A stretch of DNA of 64,000 bases, taken from NCBI RefSeq assembly GCF_009834535.1, contig NC_045696.1, positions 63,552,001-63,616,000 of the forward strand, in the 5' to 3' direction. Positions 12,033-25,105 of the stretch are shown here, piece after piece; position 1 is the stretch's first letter; the number at the start of each line of letters is the position of its first letter. The position numbers were made by a program, and so were the translations under genes. This DNA comes from Camelus ferus. Its lineage: Eukaryota. Below the pieces are notes generated by a model. It was not told where the DNA came from and did not search any database. It worked only from the letters and a program-made list of their open reading frames with translations.

Positions 12033-14639
12033 AGCTATCCAGGGACTGCCCACGCCCTGGGCACGAGGCTGCCTGTTGCCATTTAATACTCTTCCCATCC
12101 TGAATGCCCAAGGTCTATTTTTCGTTTGAAGCATATGCCACAGACAAGTGAGAGACTTTTAAAAGGATCAAACAGCTGGAGAGAGAGTGCAGTGGACATT
12201 CTTTTTGGGCAGCCTAGGGAGGAGAGGGAGCAGAGAAGGGCAGGGAAGGGGCAGAGGGTCAGAAGAGTAACCCACAGGTTCCACATCCTAGGAGGTGTGA
12301 GGTGCTGTGAGCTGAGGGCGGATGAAGGCTGGAGGGTTTTTGTCCAGTATCAGCAATGTAGTACCCTCTTCTCCTCGCCCTCCCTCTTTCCCCGTCTCTT
12401 CCTGTTGCTCTTCTCTCTTTTTGAACTTCAGTCACTCCGCCCACTTGGAGAAGAAGGATGCTCAACTGTACCTGGTGCCCCTCGGGGGGGGGGGGGGAGG
12501 GGGCGGGGCAGGGGCTTCTGTGGCAGGGAGACAACGTACTAGCTGATTTACTAGCTAGTGATGTGATGCATCGAACCCTCTTCTGTGAAGTGGGCCCAGA
12601 GGGAAAACAGGTTACTATAGAACTCTGTGGGATCCTGTCCTGGAAACGGTAAAGAATTGGTCACGTGTGGTACTCAGTTTTGTATTCTGTGGGAGCTGGG
12701 GTCAATGTCCTGTTGATATTGTTAGAATCAAATGCCAGTCTTAGAGCATTCATCCGGAGAGGTGTGTGTTTGATGGTGTGTGTTTGACTCATTTAAGAAA
12801 GGAGAAGTGAGGTGGGAGGTGGTGTGGTATGTGTGCGCCCACGTGTGTGTTTGTGTGTGTGTGTGGAGAGAGAACCTGAGAGAGATATTTGGTATTCCCT
12901 AGGAATCGCATAATCTTACAGGCCTCAAAGAATGTATAACCCATCCTCTTTACTTTATACATGAGGATACGAACGTCCAGACAAAAAAGTTAATTTTCCA
13001 AGGTCAGCAGCTAGTCAGTGGTCACACTGGGCATAGCCCAGGTCTCCTGGTCCAAGTGTAATAAGGCTTCCCCTGTCAGGCTGTGTTCGGCCGTATTGTG
13101 CAAGCAGCCCTGGCAGCGGGGAGAGGAGATGTGATCTCTAGTGTCCTGGTCTCGCAGATTGATCGGGAAGACCATGATCCAACCAGAGAACAGCTCCAAA
13201 CTGTGCTGCCCGATGTGGGACAAAGGGATAAAGCCCAGGGGCCTTTGAGAATTTAGGTGCAGTCACAGCCATCCAGGCTGGGATGGTTGGGAAAGCTGTG
13301 GAACCATTGGAATGATGTAGCATTTCCTTCAGTGATAAACTTTTGGCTCCAACTCTTGTCTACAGGTGGTTAGACTTTTTACTGGCATCTCTATTTTGAA
13401 TTCAAATGTATCAGTACTTTGCTTTCCTTTAGAAGCCCATTAAATTATAAACTGATGGCTCCTAAAACCTCTCTACAAAGGGTTGAATGTCTGTGACAGA
13501 AAGAGAGAAGCTCACCAGTTAATATCTGCTTCTGCATAATCAGCCCAACACACTGAAGGAAGGCCACTGACTAAGTGCTTGGTAAAGCTACTTTGTCATT
13601 CTGGAGTTTTAACCTGCTGTGCGTTTTAAAGTGTCATTTTTGCAAAGCATTTCAAAGGTCTATCTAGTTCCTCTTGGGGAGAACCAATTATTCAGCAGTG
13701 TTTACTTGCCAGTGCAATGTGTTCTCATTGAATTTACTCATCCAGTTTTCCTTCTCATCTGGAAACGGCTGGGGAACCTCTGGAAGACGTTCATCTCTAC
13801 CCTCTCCTTTGCATCTTCCTGTTCTTGCCCAGGGTCGGCCCCAAGGGATCTTTTGTTGGATTGACCTAATGATCAAAGCTGGTGGGATGTCCAAGTTACC
13901 CCCAATCAATCTTGAACCCCAAGCCTCGAGTTACCAGCAACTAGAGTTATCAGCTCTGAAGCTGCGGTCATCCTAATACCTCACATGCATTTTCACCATA
14001 AGCAGTGTCTCTTGAGGGCGGGTGACTTGAAGAGGGGGACTGACTCTTACTCATCTTGGTATCTTTATGTTTAGCCCAGTGCCTACTACATAGTAAATGC
14101 TCAGTAAATATTTATTGGATTAGGCAGAAATGAAACATATTTTGATTCGGCTACTTCTGTCCCCAAACTCAGACTACGTATCATTACATGGAAAGAGATT
14201 TAAAAAATCATTTCCTGCATTGGAAACTGCACTATTAGCTTCTTTTCTCAAGGTCAGCATTTCTGATCTGATCCCTGTAGTTCACACAAGAAGTGACAAC
14301 TTCCTTGTTACTTCAAAGTCCCTTTCTCTTACCTAGGCTGATTTTTATTTTTATTTTTTTGAAAAATTTAAACCCAGACCCATCTTTCATCTATGCAGGA
14401 CAATGTATCTGGGTTGACAAGATATTTTCCCCCAGTTTCATCATTTAAGCAAGTTTTAATCAGTTTGTACCTGCCTTGTTTTAGTCCTGAAATGATTTTT
14501 TTTTTGTGAACCCAGAGTTTATCACAGAAATTCATATTAAGAACATTTCTGCATCTTTCTAGCATTTTCATCTTCAGATTATTGGGATAAGATCTTCACA
14601 AGCACTGCGCCCCCCACCCTATTCATTCTTTGAATGGTA

Positions 14640-15000
14640 ACTTTATTTAAGAACATGATCTTGGGCTGTATATTCATTCATGTGACTATTAATTGATCCA
14701 GATGAATATTACTGGGATGTAAACACTGTCGCTGGAAGGCAAGATCAAAGCCATTCCCTGTACAGAAATGTTACTCTGCCTTTTGCCAAGGGGAAACAGA
14801 GCGGTTTAACATGTAAGGCGATTTCACACATTTTTACATTGAGTAGAATCCTGTGTCCTTTTTGTAGGGTTGAGATTGTTTACAAGTAACAGGTAAAGGC
14901 CAAAGGTCCACAAAATCACCTGAAGTTCCTGTTTAAATGTCACTCCTACCAAAGATGTTTGGAGAAATTACTGTCCTGATCGCAGTATCAATTAATACCA
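14640..15000. promoter_or_regulatory. Candidate enhancer (FOX/HNF4-DR1/TCF/ONECUT/MiT motif cluster)
   Basis: TCATGTGAC 14678, TGTAAACA 14718, AGATCAAAG 14742, TGTTTAC 14877, AGGCCA-A-AGGTCC 14897-14909, ATCAAT 14987, all in apparently repeat-free DNA. Confidence 0.5.
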
Positions 15001-15066
15001 CCTACTCATATTTCATCCACTTGAACAATGTCACCAGAGGTTGGATGAAAAGACTACGTTTCCATT

Positions 15067-15077
15067 TGTGTGTGTGT

Positions 15078-15112
<35 letters not shown>
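15067..15112. repeat. (TG)n microsatellite
   Basis: About 23 TG units with one TA interruption. Confidence 0.95.
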
Positions 15113-15113
<1 letters not shown>

Positions 15114-15894
15114 TGTGGTGGTGGACTGCTGGGTTTTGTAGGTTCATGCAAAATAACGAGAAGAGCTTAAGCTTAATGAACAGTCAAACTATAACAGACC
15201 TTTTTTTTTTTTTTTAATGAAACAAACTCTCCAGGTTTCTTTTGTATATCAAGAAATCAGTAAATCTTTCCATAAAGAAAGTAAATCTTTTTTGATTTAC
15301 CAGAATGTTTGGACTTTCCCTGGGTACTTGTCTTTGGATCACTTTTAGAGGGAGAGCTTTGGAAAGTTTGCCTCCCTCTAACAGATGCCGAATTAAGAGA
15401 CTAATAGTACATAAAATAGCCATAAAAATGGCTCCAAGCTGATGACCTCTTATCCAGACTTCTATACTTGTGCCCCCTCCAGCTCAGGCCAGTCTCTTAG
15501 ACCAGGTCTAAAATAAGTTGCTTCCAAAGAATTGGGTATTACCCTTGGGTTAAATAAATATTTTGTGTTATTTCTTTCACCTGGCCAATCAATTATTGGA
15601 TCAGGTTGACCTAGAACCTTCTAGTTACTGTAATGCTCTTCTGCCTCAGCTCTTGAAGAATCATGTATTATCTCAACAACACACACACTCTTACAGCATT
15701 TTGAAGCTTTGGTGACACGTCTTAACTTATTCAAGCAAATTACACAAATAAAGTAAAAAGCTCACATCTGTTTCGAGATTGACTCTGGTAGCACTAGTAT
15801 TATTGGGTTTTATAAAAAGGAATTCCAGTTACAGCAACTACATGTATAAAAGCATGACTGGGGTGGGTGAAATTGGAGTAGTTCACTAGGTTAG

Positions 15895-16063
15895 ATCAAT
15901 ATTCAGTCCTGGCGGCACATTCATCTGGGGAGCTTTTGAAATATACCCAGGGGTCCACACGTCAGACCAATTAAATCAGAGTCTGGGGGTGTGGCCTGAG
16001 CATCTGTATTTTGAAAAGCTCCTCCAGACGATTCTGATGTGCAGCCAGTATTGAGAACCACAG
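15895..16063. mobile_element. MER5-type hAT-Charlie element
   Basis: AATTAAATCAGAGTCT...AAGCTCCTCCAGACGATTCTGATGTGCAGCCAGTATTGAGAACCACAG. Confidence 0.8.
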
Positions 16064-17244
16064 TTGGGTAAGAGGAACCCGGGAATCAGGAATGCAGTGA
16101 TTAACATGATGCCGTGTCCAAGAACAGGCTGGAGAGTCTGAACTTTTAATTTCGGATAAATCTTTAGATGTCTGTGCTTGATAGCACTTTAGAGAGACTG
16201 TCTCATTTTAGAGAGGGGGAACTGAGGCAGGGGGCTTATTAAGGTTGGATGACAAAATAATCTAGGCAGCACTAGCTCTAGAAACCAGTGCCTTTCACTG
16301 TATGCCTCTGCCCCTGAAAGTTATATTGGCAATTAAAAACTCAGATACACCTTTATGTTCCTAACCATCCATTTACTTAGAAATACTTAAACACTGGAAG
16401 TGGTTTATGGTGGTGAAAAGAGTACAGCTCTGCAGCTCTCTGAGCTGAGTGGCACGGACATAAAGGCCACCTCATTTATTAGCTACTGCTTCTCTTCTTT
16501 GAAGCTGTCTCCTCACCTGTAAAACAGAAATTAAGAATAACTCCTTCCCAATAATATCACAAATGAGAAGACAAGTCAAACACATAGTACGTGCCCTCGT
16601 ATGTGCTTAGTAAATTAAATAGTAATTATGATTATTAACTGCATTAAAACATCTTGGAAATAGCTGCAGAAGGGATCAAAAGATGTCTTGGAGCTTCTTT
16701 GCATGAAATATCTTAATCTTGCAAAGGTTGTTTTGGGGTTCCATTGACTGAAAAACACAAATAAACCCCAACTGAACCACTTCTTACGAAGGAATGAATG
16801 GATTTCCAATCTGTATTTTCTTGTTTACAATGGAAAATACGCAATCCAAGGAAAACACAGGTGGTTAACTGTTCAGTGCCTTCTATTTTTATCATATGCA
16901 GAGGGCTCTAAGCATACAAATGCAAATATTTTAATAGAAAATGAAGACTAACTTCTCAAGGTTGACCAGCTTCAGGTTTCCTAGGGCAAATTTAGGTTTA
17001 TCTCTTTCAGCCATTTCCAGAAAAAGAACTCCATATCCCATACAGACTGAATTCTGAAACAATTAACAACAACAAAAACTCATAATTAGCATTTTTTTAA
17101 AAAAAGAAACATTTCTTTTTCACTTAAGGGCCTTTTTGTTTGGTTTTGTTTTGCATCCCTTTTGTTTTGCAAAAAAGGGTATTTTCGTTGGCATTGGAAA
17201 GCCACCTCTGCGGGTTGTGTTTCTGTGAAATGAAGATGGGAAGA

Positions 17245-17645
17245 GACACCCGGCAGGTCCCGGGAGAAGCCTGCGCGCCCCCGCGTCCCCAGCCCTCGCC
17301 CGGGCTTGTGCGGACGAGTCTCGGGCGTGACCTCTGAGCAGCTGCGCCACCGGCTCAGCCCCGCGGCGGGAGAAACCCGAGCTCCCAACAAAACAGTTCC
17401 ATCTTTGGCAAGTCTTCTGGTATTTAAGGCGCTGCCGGTGGGGAGAGAGGCCGCGTGCCTGGGAGGCTCTGGGAACTTGCAAGCTTTCGCCTCCCGGGTG
17501 TTACGTTTCTGAAGGGTCTGAGCATCTGCGGCGGAGCCTGCGGGGGATGGCGAGGTGGGGGGTTGGGGCGAACCCGGCCAAGGGATTTTCAAGGAGGTTG
17601 GAAGGAGCCTGTTTCCTCATCCTCCCTGGGGTGGGTCTCCGGCCT
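17245..17645. promoter_or_regulatory. CpG island, promoter-like
   Basis: CpG-dense and GC-rich; TATA-like TATTTAAG at 17421; strong acceptor TTTTTCTTTCCTGCAG ending 17684. Confidence 0.7.
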
Positions 17646-17871
17646 GGAGTTTTGTTTTGTTTTTTGTTTTTTTCTTTCCTGCAGATACTGTGTGGTCAAC
17701 AAGGGCAGGGAAGATTTAAACCCTCATCGGAGGAAATCTGCCTTCCCTCCACCAAACTGATTGAGGTTGCCGCTTTATGAGCTGCCTCGACCTGCCTGAA
17801 GTACGGGAAAGCGAAGTTGGAATTGACCCCCTAAAATGCGTTCTTTCGGGGGTAGAAGTTTTGAGGTCCCA

Positions 17872-18110
17872 TGATAGTAGTTCACATGTATTGAGCGCTT
17901 ACTCTGTGCTAAGCACTTTAATGCAGTAACTCATTTAATCTTTGCAACGATCCAATGAATCCTAGGAAGTAGGAATTCTTATTATCCCTGCTTTACAGGC
18001 AACAAAACAGGCACAGAGAGGTTGAGCAGCTTCCTCAACTTCACACAGCTGGGAAGTGGTAGGGGTGGGATTTAAATTTAAGCAGTCTTACTCTAGAGCC
18101 TGTGCTTGTA
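17872..18110 (-). mobile_element. MIR SINE (near full length)
   Basis: TATTGAGCGCTTACTCTGTGC...CTCATTTAATC...TTTACAGG...GGCACAGAGAGGTTGAG...CACACAGCT. Confidence 0.85.
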
Positions 18111-19189
18111 ACCGGTGTGCTCACCAGATGGGAGTTGCTGTGTTCTAGAATTCCTTCCCAGCACGCTGGATCTCAACAAGGTGGAGAGACGGACTCTGGG
18201 AAGTCTGGAAGTCAGGACTTTTCAAAACGTTCTGATTTCATCAGAAAGAGCTGGGGCCCGTAGGGGTGGTGTTTACGACACCCACGGGGAGTTGCGTGCG
18301 TGCTGCCTGTTTTGCACAGGTTGGTGGTTTGTTCATGCTTATTCTGTCATTCTCAGAAAGGGCTCTTGGCAATCTGACTTAAAGGAAAGGGGTAGAACAG
18401 GTAGTGATGGGAGTCAGTTGGCTAGAAATGTTTGTCTGAAAAAAGGAGAGGAGTGAGAGCGACATGCCACCTGGCAGCTCAGCCAGGACCTTACCTGAGA
18501 GTCAGGATGGGCCTGGTGTCACCCTCCCTGCCCCAGGAAGTTTGCCAGGCACTCAGAGCCCTCCTACTCTGAAGCCTGGGCCTGCCAGTCTAATTTACTG
18601 ATGGACAAAGTTGTAGAGGAGTCAGAATTTGTTTCCCCACTGAGGACACCCCCTTTCCTGGTATGCAGGTATGAGGCGTGCAGTGAGTCATTAGAGGATA
18701 TTTTCAGGGAGAAGGCAGGGAAAAGGCCAAGGTTCTAGGATGATTTGGGGGCTCATTTCTCTGGAGTGTGGAAGAGCTCGATGCATCACTTCCCTCATAC
18801 ACACACTACAGGAAGTTTACTTCCCACTGGTCCGAATGTCTCTCTAGGCTAATTCTTACTCTCAGATTCTGCCACCTTTGTGGTAACAGCCCCTCAGTCC
18901 CATTTTATACCAGCGGAAGTACAGCCACATATACCTTCAGTCGGGCAGGACGAGCCTTTCCCCCACTGGTGCACAGAGAACACAGCAGGAGTACAGAAAG
19001 TACATCCCCACCCACCTTCATAGGACAGTGATTAGGGCCCAGAGCTGTCCTGCAGCTGTAGCTGGGTCACCGGGACTATACCTGGGTGTTACCAGGCCAG
19101 CACTCTGGGTACAGTATTCCTTTAGATGGGGAACTATCTAAACTGGTGTGGTGGAACATGCATACCTCTCGTGGGTTCCTATACTGCTC

Positions 19190-19500
19190 TTCCGCTTACT
19201 TGCTGTGTGACCTTGGGCAAGTCACTTAACTTTTCGGTGCTTTGGTTTTGTCGTCGGCAAAATGGTGCTAATACTAATCATCTCAGAGGGTTGTTGTAAT
19301 AAAGTGAGTTAATAAATGTAAAATGCCTGGCACATGGTAAGTCGCTTAATAGATATTAGCCTCTGCTTTTACTACCATTTCAACTATTATTATTAGGCAA
19401 CTCTAGTGAGCTTACTCTGCCTCCCTGAATCTCATTGTCCTCAGATGTAAGATGGGGGTAATACTCTCTGTTTTACAGGATTGTTGTGAGAATTAAATAG
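19190..19500 (+). mobile_element. Two adjacent MIR fragments
   Basis: CTGTGTGACCTTGGGCAAGTCACTTAAC...GCCTGGCACATGGTAAG, then CTGAATCTCATTGTCCTCAGATGTAAGATGGGGGTAATA. Confidence 0.8.
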
Positions 19501-20908
19501 TGTTAATTACTATTGTAAAGTTTGCAGTTTATGTGCCTGCTTTATCTCCCAGGGGATGACTTTATTTTCATATATGAGCAGGTTTCCTGTAAGAGCTTCA
19601 AAATACTGACCATAGCCAGTGAGGGTACTCAGACACTTTGCTTAACGTCAGCCGCGTCCCTTTTCCCAGCTGTAAAATGGTATGATAATAACCACCCCTA
19701 GGAATCTCAAGGACATTACGAGGGGAAAAATATACAATAATATACAAAGCATTTTGAGTGCCTCTGAAGAGAGACGCACATAAATGGAAGGTGGTATTAG
19801 GAGGTGGAGTAATCACTGGTTTCTCTCCCCCTCTTTTTATTTAATTAGAAGAAAACTAGTAATTAGGAAGCATGGTCTTGTTAAAGCCGTGGCCTGGGAA
19901 ATCATTCTCTTGGCACCTAATCAGGGCTTGTGACACGGCAAGTTTCTGCAGAATGTGGGCAGCAGGGGACCTTCCCCCAGGCTCTGTGCTGGGTCTGCAG
20001 ATTGGGAGGAATTTGCAGTTGGAGGGCCATGGCCTGGGGTGGCTGACGCACAGCCGGTCAGGGGAGCCTCTCTGGTCTCCTGTTCCCCGAGGAGGTCTCC
20101 CCCCGAGGTCCATAAGGAGACTCCACCCAGCTCAGGAGCCCGGATCCCTGGGGCCTGAAGTCACCCTTATCTGCAGGTTTCGGCTTGCTGCTGCTGTCCT
20201 GCATCCAAGCTTTTCCGCCACTGGGCCTCTTGGCCTGACCCCACGGGGGCAACCGCAGGGCTCAGAATGCTCCTCCCCTCTGGCCTTTCTGCTCTAGTTC
20301 AGTACCAGGAGGAAGAAATCTGCCTGCTCTCCTTAAAATGGGCCAGAGCAGAGTAGGTGATGGGGGCCTGTGTGGGTCCCCTCCCCGAGCCTGGGTTCCC
20401 CAGGCTTCCTCCGCTGGGAAGACTCCCTCCTCTCTGCAAGTCCTGGGCTGCCTGTTCTCCTGGACCCTGCTGAGAGGCTGCCTCTGACAGGAGGCCTTCC
20501 CCAGTCTTCCTGGTCGCCATTACCCTCTTCCTCTTCTGGACTCTGTCAGGTAGATCGTGGTTTGGGGGTTAGTCCTTAACTTATCTCCCCTTTGACTCTG
20601 AGCTGCTGGCAGGAAGGGAAGGAACAGAAATTGGAGAGGTGAAGTATAACCAGCCAGGTGCCACAGCCCAAAGGACGAGCAGAACTGACTGTGCTGATTT
20701 CCCCTTGTGGCATTGACAGAGCAAGTGGGAGGCTTTCTGCAAAACCCTGAGATGAGCAGTTCTTTTAACAAATTATGAATTATTTTAAATATATGGAAAA
20801 TATTAAAATAGGCACTCATGTATCCACCACTCAGATTGCCAGGTGGTATTTTACCATATTTGCCTTAAATATCTTCTTATTTACTATTTTTTTAAATGAA
20901 ACTTTTAG

Positions 20909-21446
20909 ACATGGAAGCAACCTAAGTGTCCAGCGACAGATGAATGGATAAAGAAGATGTGGTATATATAGACAATGGAATACTACTCAGCCATGAAAAA
21001 GAATGAGATAATGCCATTTGCAGCAACGTGGATGGACCTGGAGATTATCATACTAAATGAAGGAAGTCAGACAGAGAAAGTAAAATACCATATGATATCA
21101 CTTATATGTGGAATCTAAAAAATAGTACAAATGAACTTATTTGCAGAACAGAAACAGACTCACAGACATAGAAAACAAACTTACGGTTACCAAAGGGGAA
21201 AGGGGGCCAGGAGGGATAAATTGGGAGTATGGGATTAATAGATGCATACTACCATATATAAAATAGATGAACAACAAGGATTTACTGTCTATTACAGGGA
21301 ACTATATTCATATCTTATAATAAATGATAATGGAAAAGAATTTTTAAAAGAATATAGATACATACATATATATTTATAATGAGATCACTTTGCTGTACAC
21401 CTAAAACATGACGTTGTGAATCAGCTATACTTCAATTAAAAAAAAA
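20909..21446 (+). mobile_element. L1 3' end with degenerate ORF2 C-terminus and 3'UTR
   Basis: Translates from 20909 as [68 protein letters not shown], the canonical L1 ORF2 end with one in-frame stop; followed by 3'UTR and A tail. Confidence 0.95.
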
Positions 21447-21669
21447 TCTTTTTAGGTACAGCTAAGGCTCTCCATCTCCATGGAGGACTCACTTTCCCTT
21501 CCCTCCTTGGGGTCAGCACTTCTCTTGATCATTCCATCAGGGGCCCTTTACCTGCATCCATGGATGGGATTTAGTAGATTGGTAGACTGCTGAATTGTAT
21601 GTGAAATTACGTATGCACATCTTTTTCACACACATCACAGCTATTTAGGAGATCCTCTCAACTCCATCT

Positions 21670-22365
21670 TCTCGTGGTCTCCACTGCTACCACTGGTCAG
21701 AGCAGCATTATCTGCACTTGGACCATCTACTCCCTTTGACAGCTTCAGACATTTGAGTATTAGTCAGATCTTGTTACCCCTTTGCTCAAATCCTACTAAA
21801 GGCTCCTGATTTAACTCAGAATAAAAATCAAAGTCCTCACAGACCATGAGGCCCTAAGTGATGTGTGTCCCCCCAGCTCGTTCTCTGCCTCTCCGACCTT
21901 GTTTCCCACTGAGACTGCGCCTCTCCCTCTCTCCAGTCCAGCCACACTGCTCTTCTCACTCTTCCTCAGGCACACCAGCGTGGCTGTGCCCTCAGGCTGT
22001 GCTCTCTGGCTGCTACGCTCTTTTCTCCAGATACCCACATGGGGAAGCCTCTTACATTCTTCTGTTCTTTGCTAACATTTCACTTTTCAATGAGGATAAC
22101 CTGGCATAAGCTATTTAAAAATAGAACCTCATACCTACCAACCACTCTCTTACCCTGCTTGAATTTTTCTTTTTCCATAGCAGATTATATATTTACTTAC
22201 TTATTTACATTCATTATTTATTGCCTATCTCTTCCGGCTAGAATGTAAGCTCCATAAGAGTAGGAATTTTTGTCTATTTTTGCCCACTGATGTTTCTTTA
22301 GTCCCTGCAATAGTACCCAGCTCCATGAATATTTGTTCAGTGACTAAATAAATAAGTAGATAACT
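21670..22365 (+). mobile_element. L2 LINE 3' portion
   Basis: AGAATAAAATCAAAGTCCT...CTAGAATGTAAGCTCCATAAGAGTAGGAATTTTTGTC...AATATTTGTTCAGTGACTAAAT. Confidence 0.85.
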
Positions 22366-23899
22366 GAATATGAACATTTCTTGCTGGAAAGTCCAGAACT
22401 TTTCATCAGATTTTCAAAAAATGTCTATGACACAAAATAGAATAGGAACCATTGACGTAATAAATCATCAAAAAGTTTGCTGGAAATTTTTTGCCGGCCA
22501 GGTAGCCTGCTTAATGAATCAGAGGGTCATGAGAGATTTTCTCTTTCTCCAACTTGTATTTCCCTGGAGAGCTACTGCTAGCAGTTACTGGGACCTCTAA
22601 CCCCAGGGCTGGTGGTGAGTCTCCCTGGATCCAGCCCTGGTCTGACCAAGGTGGAGAGCCAAGTGGGGCATTGGTGAAGAGTGTGGGCAGGATATCTGGC
22701 AGTGGGCCCGTTCCAGAGAAGCTGTAATTTTCTTTACTCCTTCTGTGTCTGGGGGGAGAGGGGCAGAGGTCGAATGTGGCCACAGCCTCCTGAACTTCCT
22801 TGGGGGAGCTAGGCAAGAAGCCCAGACCAACAGAAGCCACTTCCTGCCTTCCAAGCTCCAAGTCTAGGCAAGGAACAAGACCAGGAAATCTCATAGGAGC
22901 CTCAACCAGGGAGACAAGACATTGGCCTGTGATGCAGAGAGAGATAATAGGGGAGTGGGGGGAACCTGGAAAGCAAAAAGATACCGAAGGCCATCTGGAG
23001 GTGATAATGGGAGTGAATTGGAGGTGAGTCAGCCAGCTCTCAGAGCAGTTAAAAGACCAGTGGGTAATTGTGGGTGCAGCCAGCGGGTCACATACAGAAA
23101 ATGAGGAACAAGTGGTTAATTGGGCCCACAAGCCCAGGATCCTGCCTGTAATTAGCAAATTGCAGGGCTTTGATATTTGCTTTGGTAACAACTTGTGTAG
23201 TAAATTGCAGGGAGGAAAACTGCACCCCCAGCCTGGGAGGTGACCCTGTGCTCTATGCTCCCCTAAACCATTTTCTCACAAACACTTATAGGCAGTGCGC
23301 ACATGGCTATAACCCTAGCATTGAGAGGAGGGGCTATATACCTTTTTTGCAGGGTGACAATAGCCTGTGACACTTTTCTGTGTTTCGCTTTACCTCTTGC
23401 TTAAGTTTTTGCCAACTCAGGACTGAAGCTGAGCCTTGCCTCCTGGTGTTCACACCCTGATTCCTGTGTTTCCTTAAGCCACAGCCCCTGGCACAGAGCT
23501 CCTCTGACCAGGGATATAAACTAGGAGTGGCCATAGGGAATTTCCATGCAGGTACCCTAGTAGGGGATGGGGAGAGACAAGGAGTTCTGTTGCAGTATTG
23601 TTGAAATTTTGTCCATGTGGATGGCCTATGCTGGTCCCTGATCAGAGACTGGCCTTCACTGATTTCAGATCTGCATTTACCTCTGCAAGCTTCTGTGAAG
23701 TTCTAACTAAAGTGAAGACCAAAAGTATAGGAAAATTTGATTGGGATTTTTGTGGTAAAACTGCATCAGTTGCCACAGATGCAGAGACTGGTGAGCATAG
23801 GTAATCAATCAATATGTGAAAGTATCAGGAGATACGGGTTTGAATTTGGACTCTCTACTGACTCTTTGTTGGGTCTAATTGAGTTATTTAAATACATGT

Positions 23900-24690
23900 G
23901 TATCATCTCTGTCATTTATTGGTCTGTTTTTACTGACTGATTTTTCCCTTGGTTCTGGGTGACCGTGTTCCTGCTCCTTTATATGTCTAGTAATTTTTTA
24001 TTAGATGGTAGACATTGTCAAGCTATATCATTAAGTATTTGGACTTTGCTGACTGGCATTTAATTAGTTTGTTAGACTTTGTTTGACTGGCAGTTAATTT
24101 ACTCATGAAATGGTTTGGTTCCTTTGAGTCCTGTCTTTGAGCTTTGCTGTAACAGAGTCCAGAGTAACCTTCACTCCAGGAATGGTTCAGCCACTTGACT
24201 CAAATGTGACTCCTCTGGGTTCTCCATTGAATGCCCCAGGGGATCACCAAGGATTCTCCACTTTGACTGGTGCACAACCATTTCCCCACCTTGTGAGAGC
24301 TCTGGGTTGTTCAGCCTACTACTCCCTTACTACTCATTTCTTTTGCCTGGTCTTGTGGAGTTTCACTTTATACATACATGGACTAGTACTCGAAAGACTC
24401 AAGAGCCTGTCTCAGCAGACTTACGGTGCTCTTTGTCTGTGTGCCGCCCCTCCTTTCTGGAATTGTGATCCGCAACTGCTATCTACCTGAGTTTCCCTAA
24501 TCTCTGGTCTCTGTCTTCTCTGCTTAGCAAAGCTTCCAGGCTGAGCTTGTGATTTCCACAAGGGAATTGCCTCCAAGCACAAATCCAGGGTTATTTTAAG
24601 GCTCACCTCATTGGTCCTTTCTCTTGAGGATCACAGTTTTGCACTGCCTCTTTCCCAGTGTCTGAAAGCAGTTGTAATTTTATCAAGACA
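23900..24690 (-). mobile_element. Old L1M fragment (5'/ORF1-proximal type)
   Basis: TGTCTAGTAATTTTTTATTAGATGGTAGACATTG...CTCTTGAGGATCACAG...CAGTGTCTGAAAGCAGTTG resembles ancient L1M 5' regions. Confidence 0.5.
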
Positions 24691-24984
24691 ATAAATTGAT
24701 GTCTTCTTGAGTTAAAAAGAACTTGTTTTCCCAGTGCAAAAACAGAGCATAATAGTATTTTCTTCAAAAGTTAGTTAGAATACCTAAAATACATAATCAA
24801 TCTGAAAGCATATAAAATGATGTATAAAATAAGCAATTAAACAAAGTAAGAACAGTTAATAAACACTAGTTCTATCCTTGTTTTCCTTTGATACCAATAG
24901 TATAAATGGGTTTAGTGTTTTCATGAAATTGTAGCATTTTAGAGCTGCAAGGGATTTACTTCAGAGATGGTGAGTTGATCCAAA

Positions 24985-25105
24985 TGCCTCATTTTACAGA
25001 TGAACAGATCGAGGCTTAAAGAGGGGAAGTGATTTTCCCAAGACCTCATGGCTAGTGAGCAGAAGAATGAGACTGGCACTTAGGTGTCCTGGCTTCCAGT
25101 CTATG
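24985..25105 (-). mobile_element. MIR SINE
   Basis: CATTTTACAGATGAACAGATCGAGGCTTAAAGAGGGGAAGTGATTTTCCCAAG. Confidence 0.75.

Noticed and set aside
16810..16842. Small hairpin GTATTTTC...GAAAATAC around TGTTTAC
   Set aside because: The stem is too short for a pre-miRNA and matches no mature miRNA I know.
18464..18477. CTCF-like CTGCCAGGTGGCAT on the - strand
   Set aside because: It has two mismatches to the core, and such matches are common by chance without a PWM score or ChIP data.
22511..23191. Longest ORF (226 aa, - strand)
   Set aside because: No recognisable domain, non-ATG start, composition typical of non-coding DNA, and no convincing splice structure.
23669..23790. Possible + strand exon (TTTCAG| ... 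CTG|GTGAGC)
   Set aside because: Weak pyrimidine tract, unrecognised peptide and no supporting neighbours.
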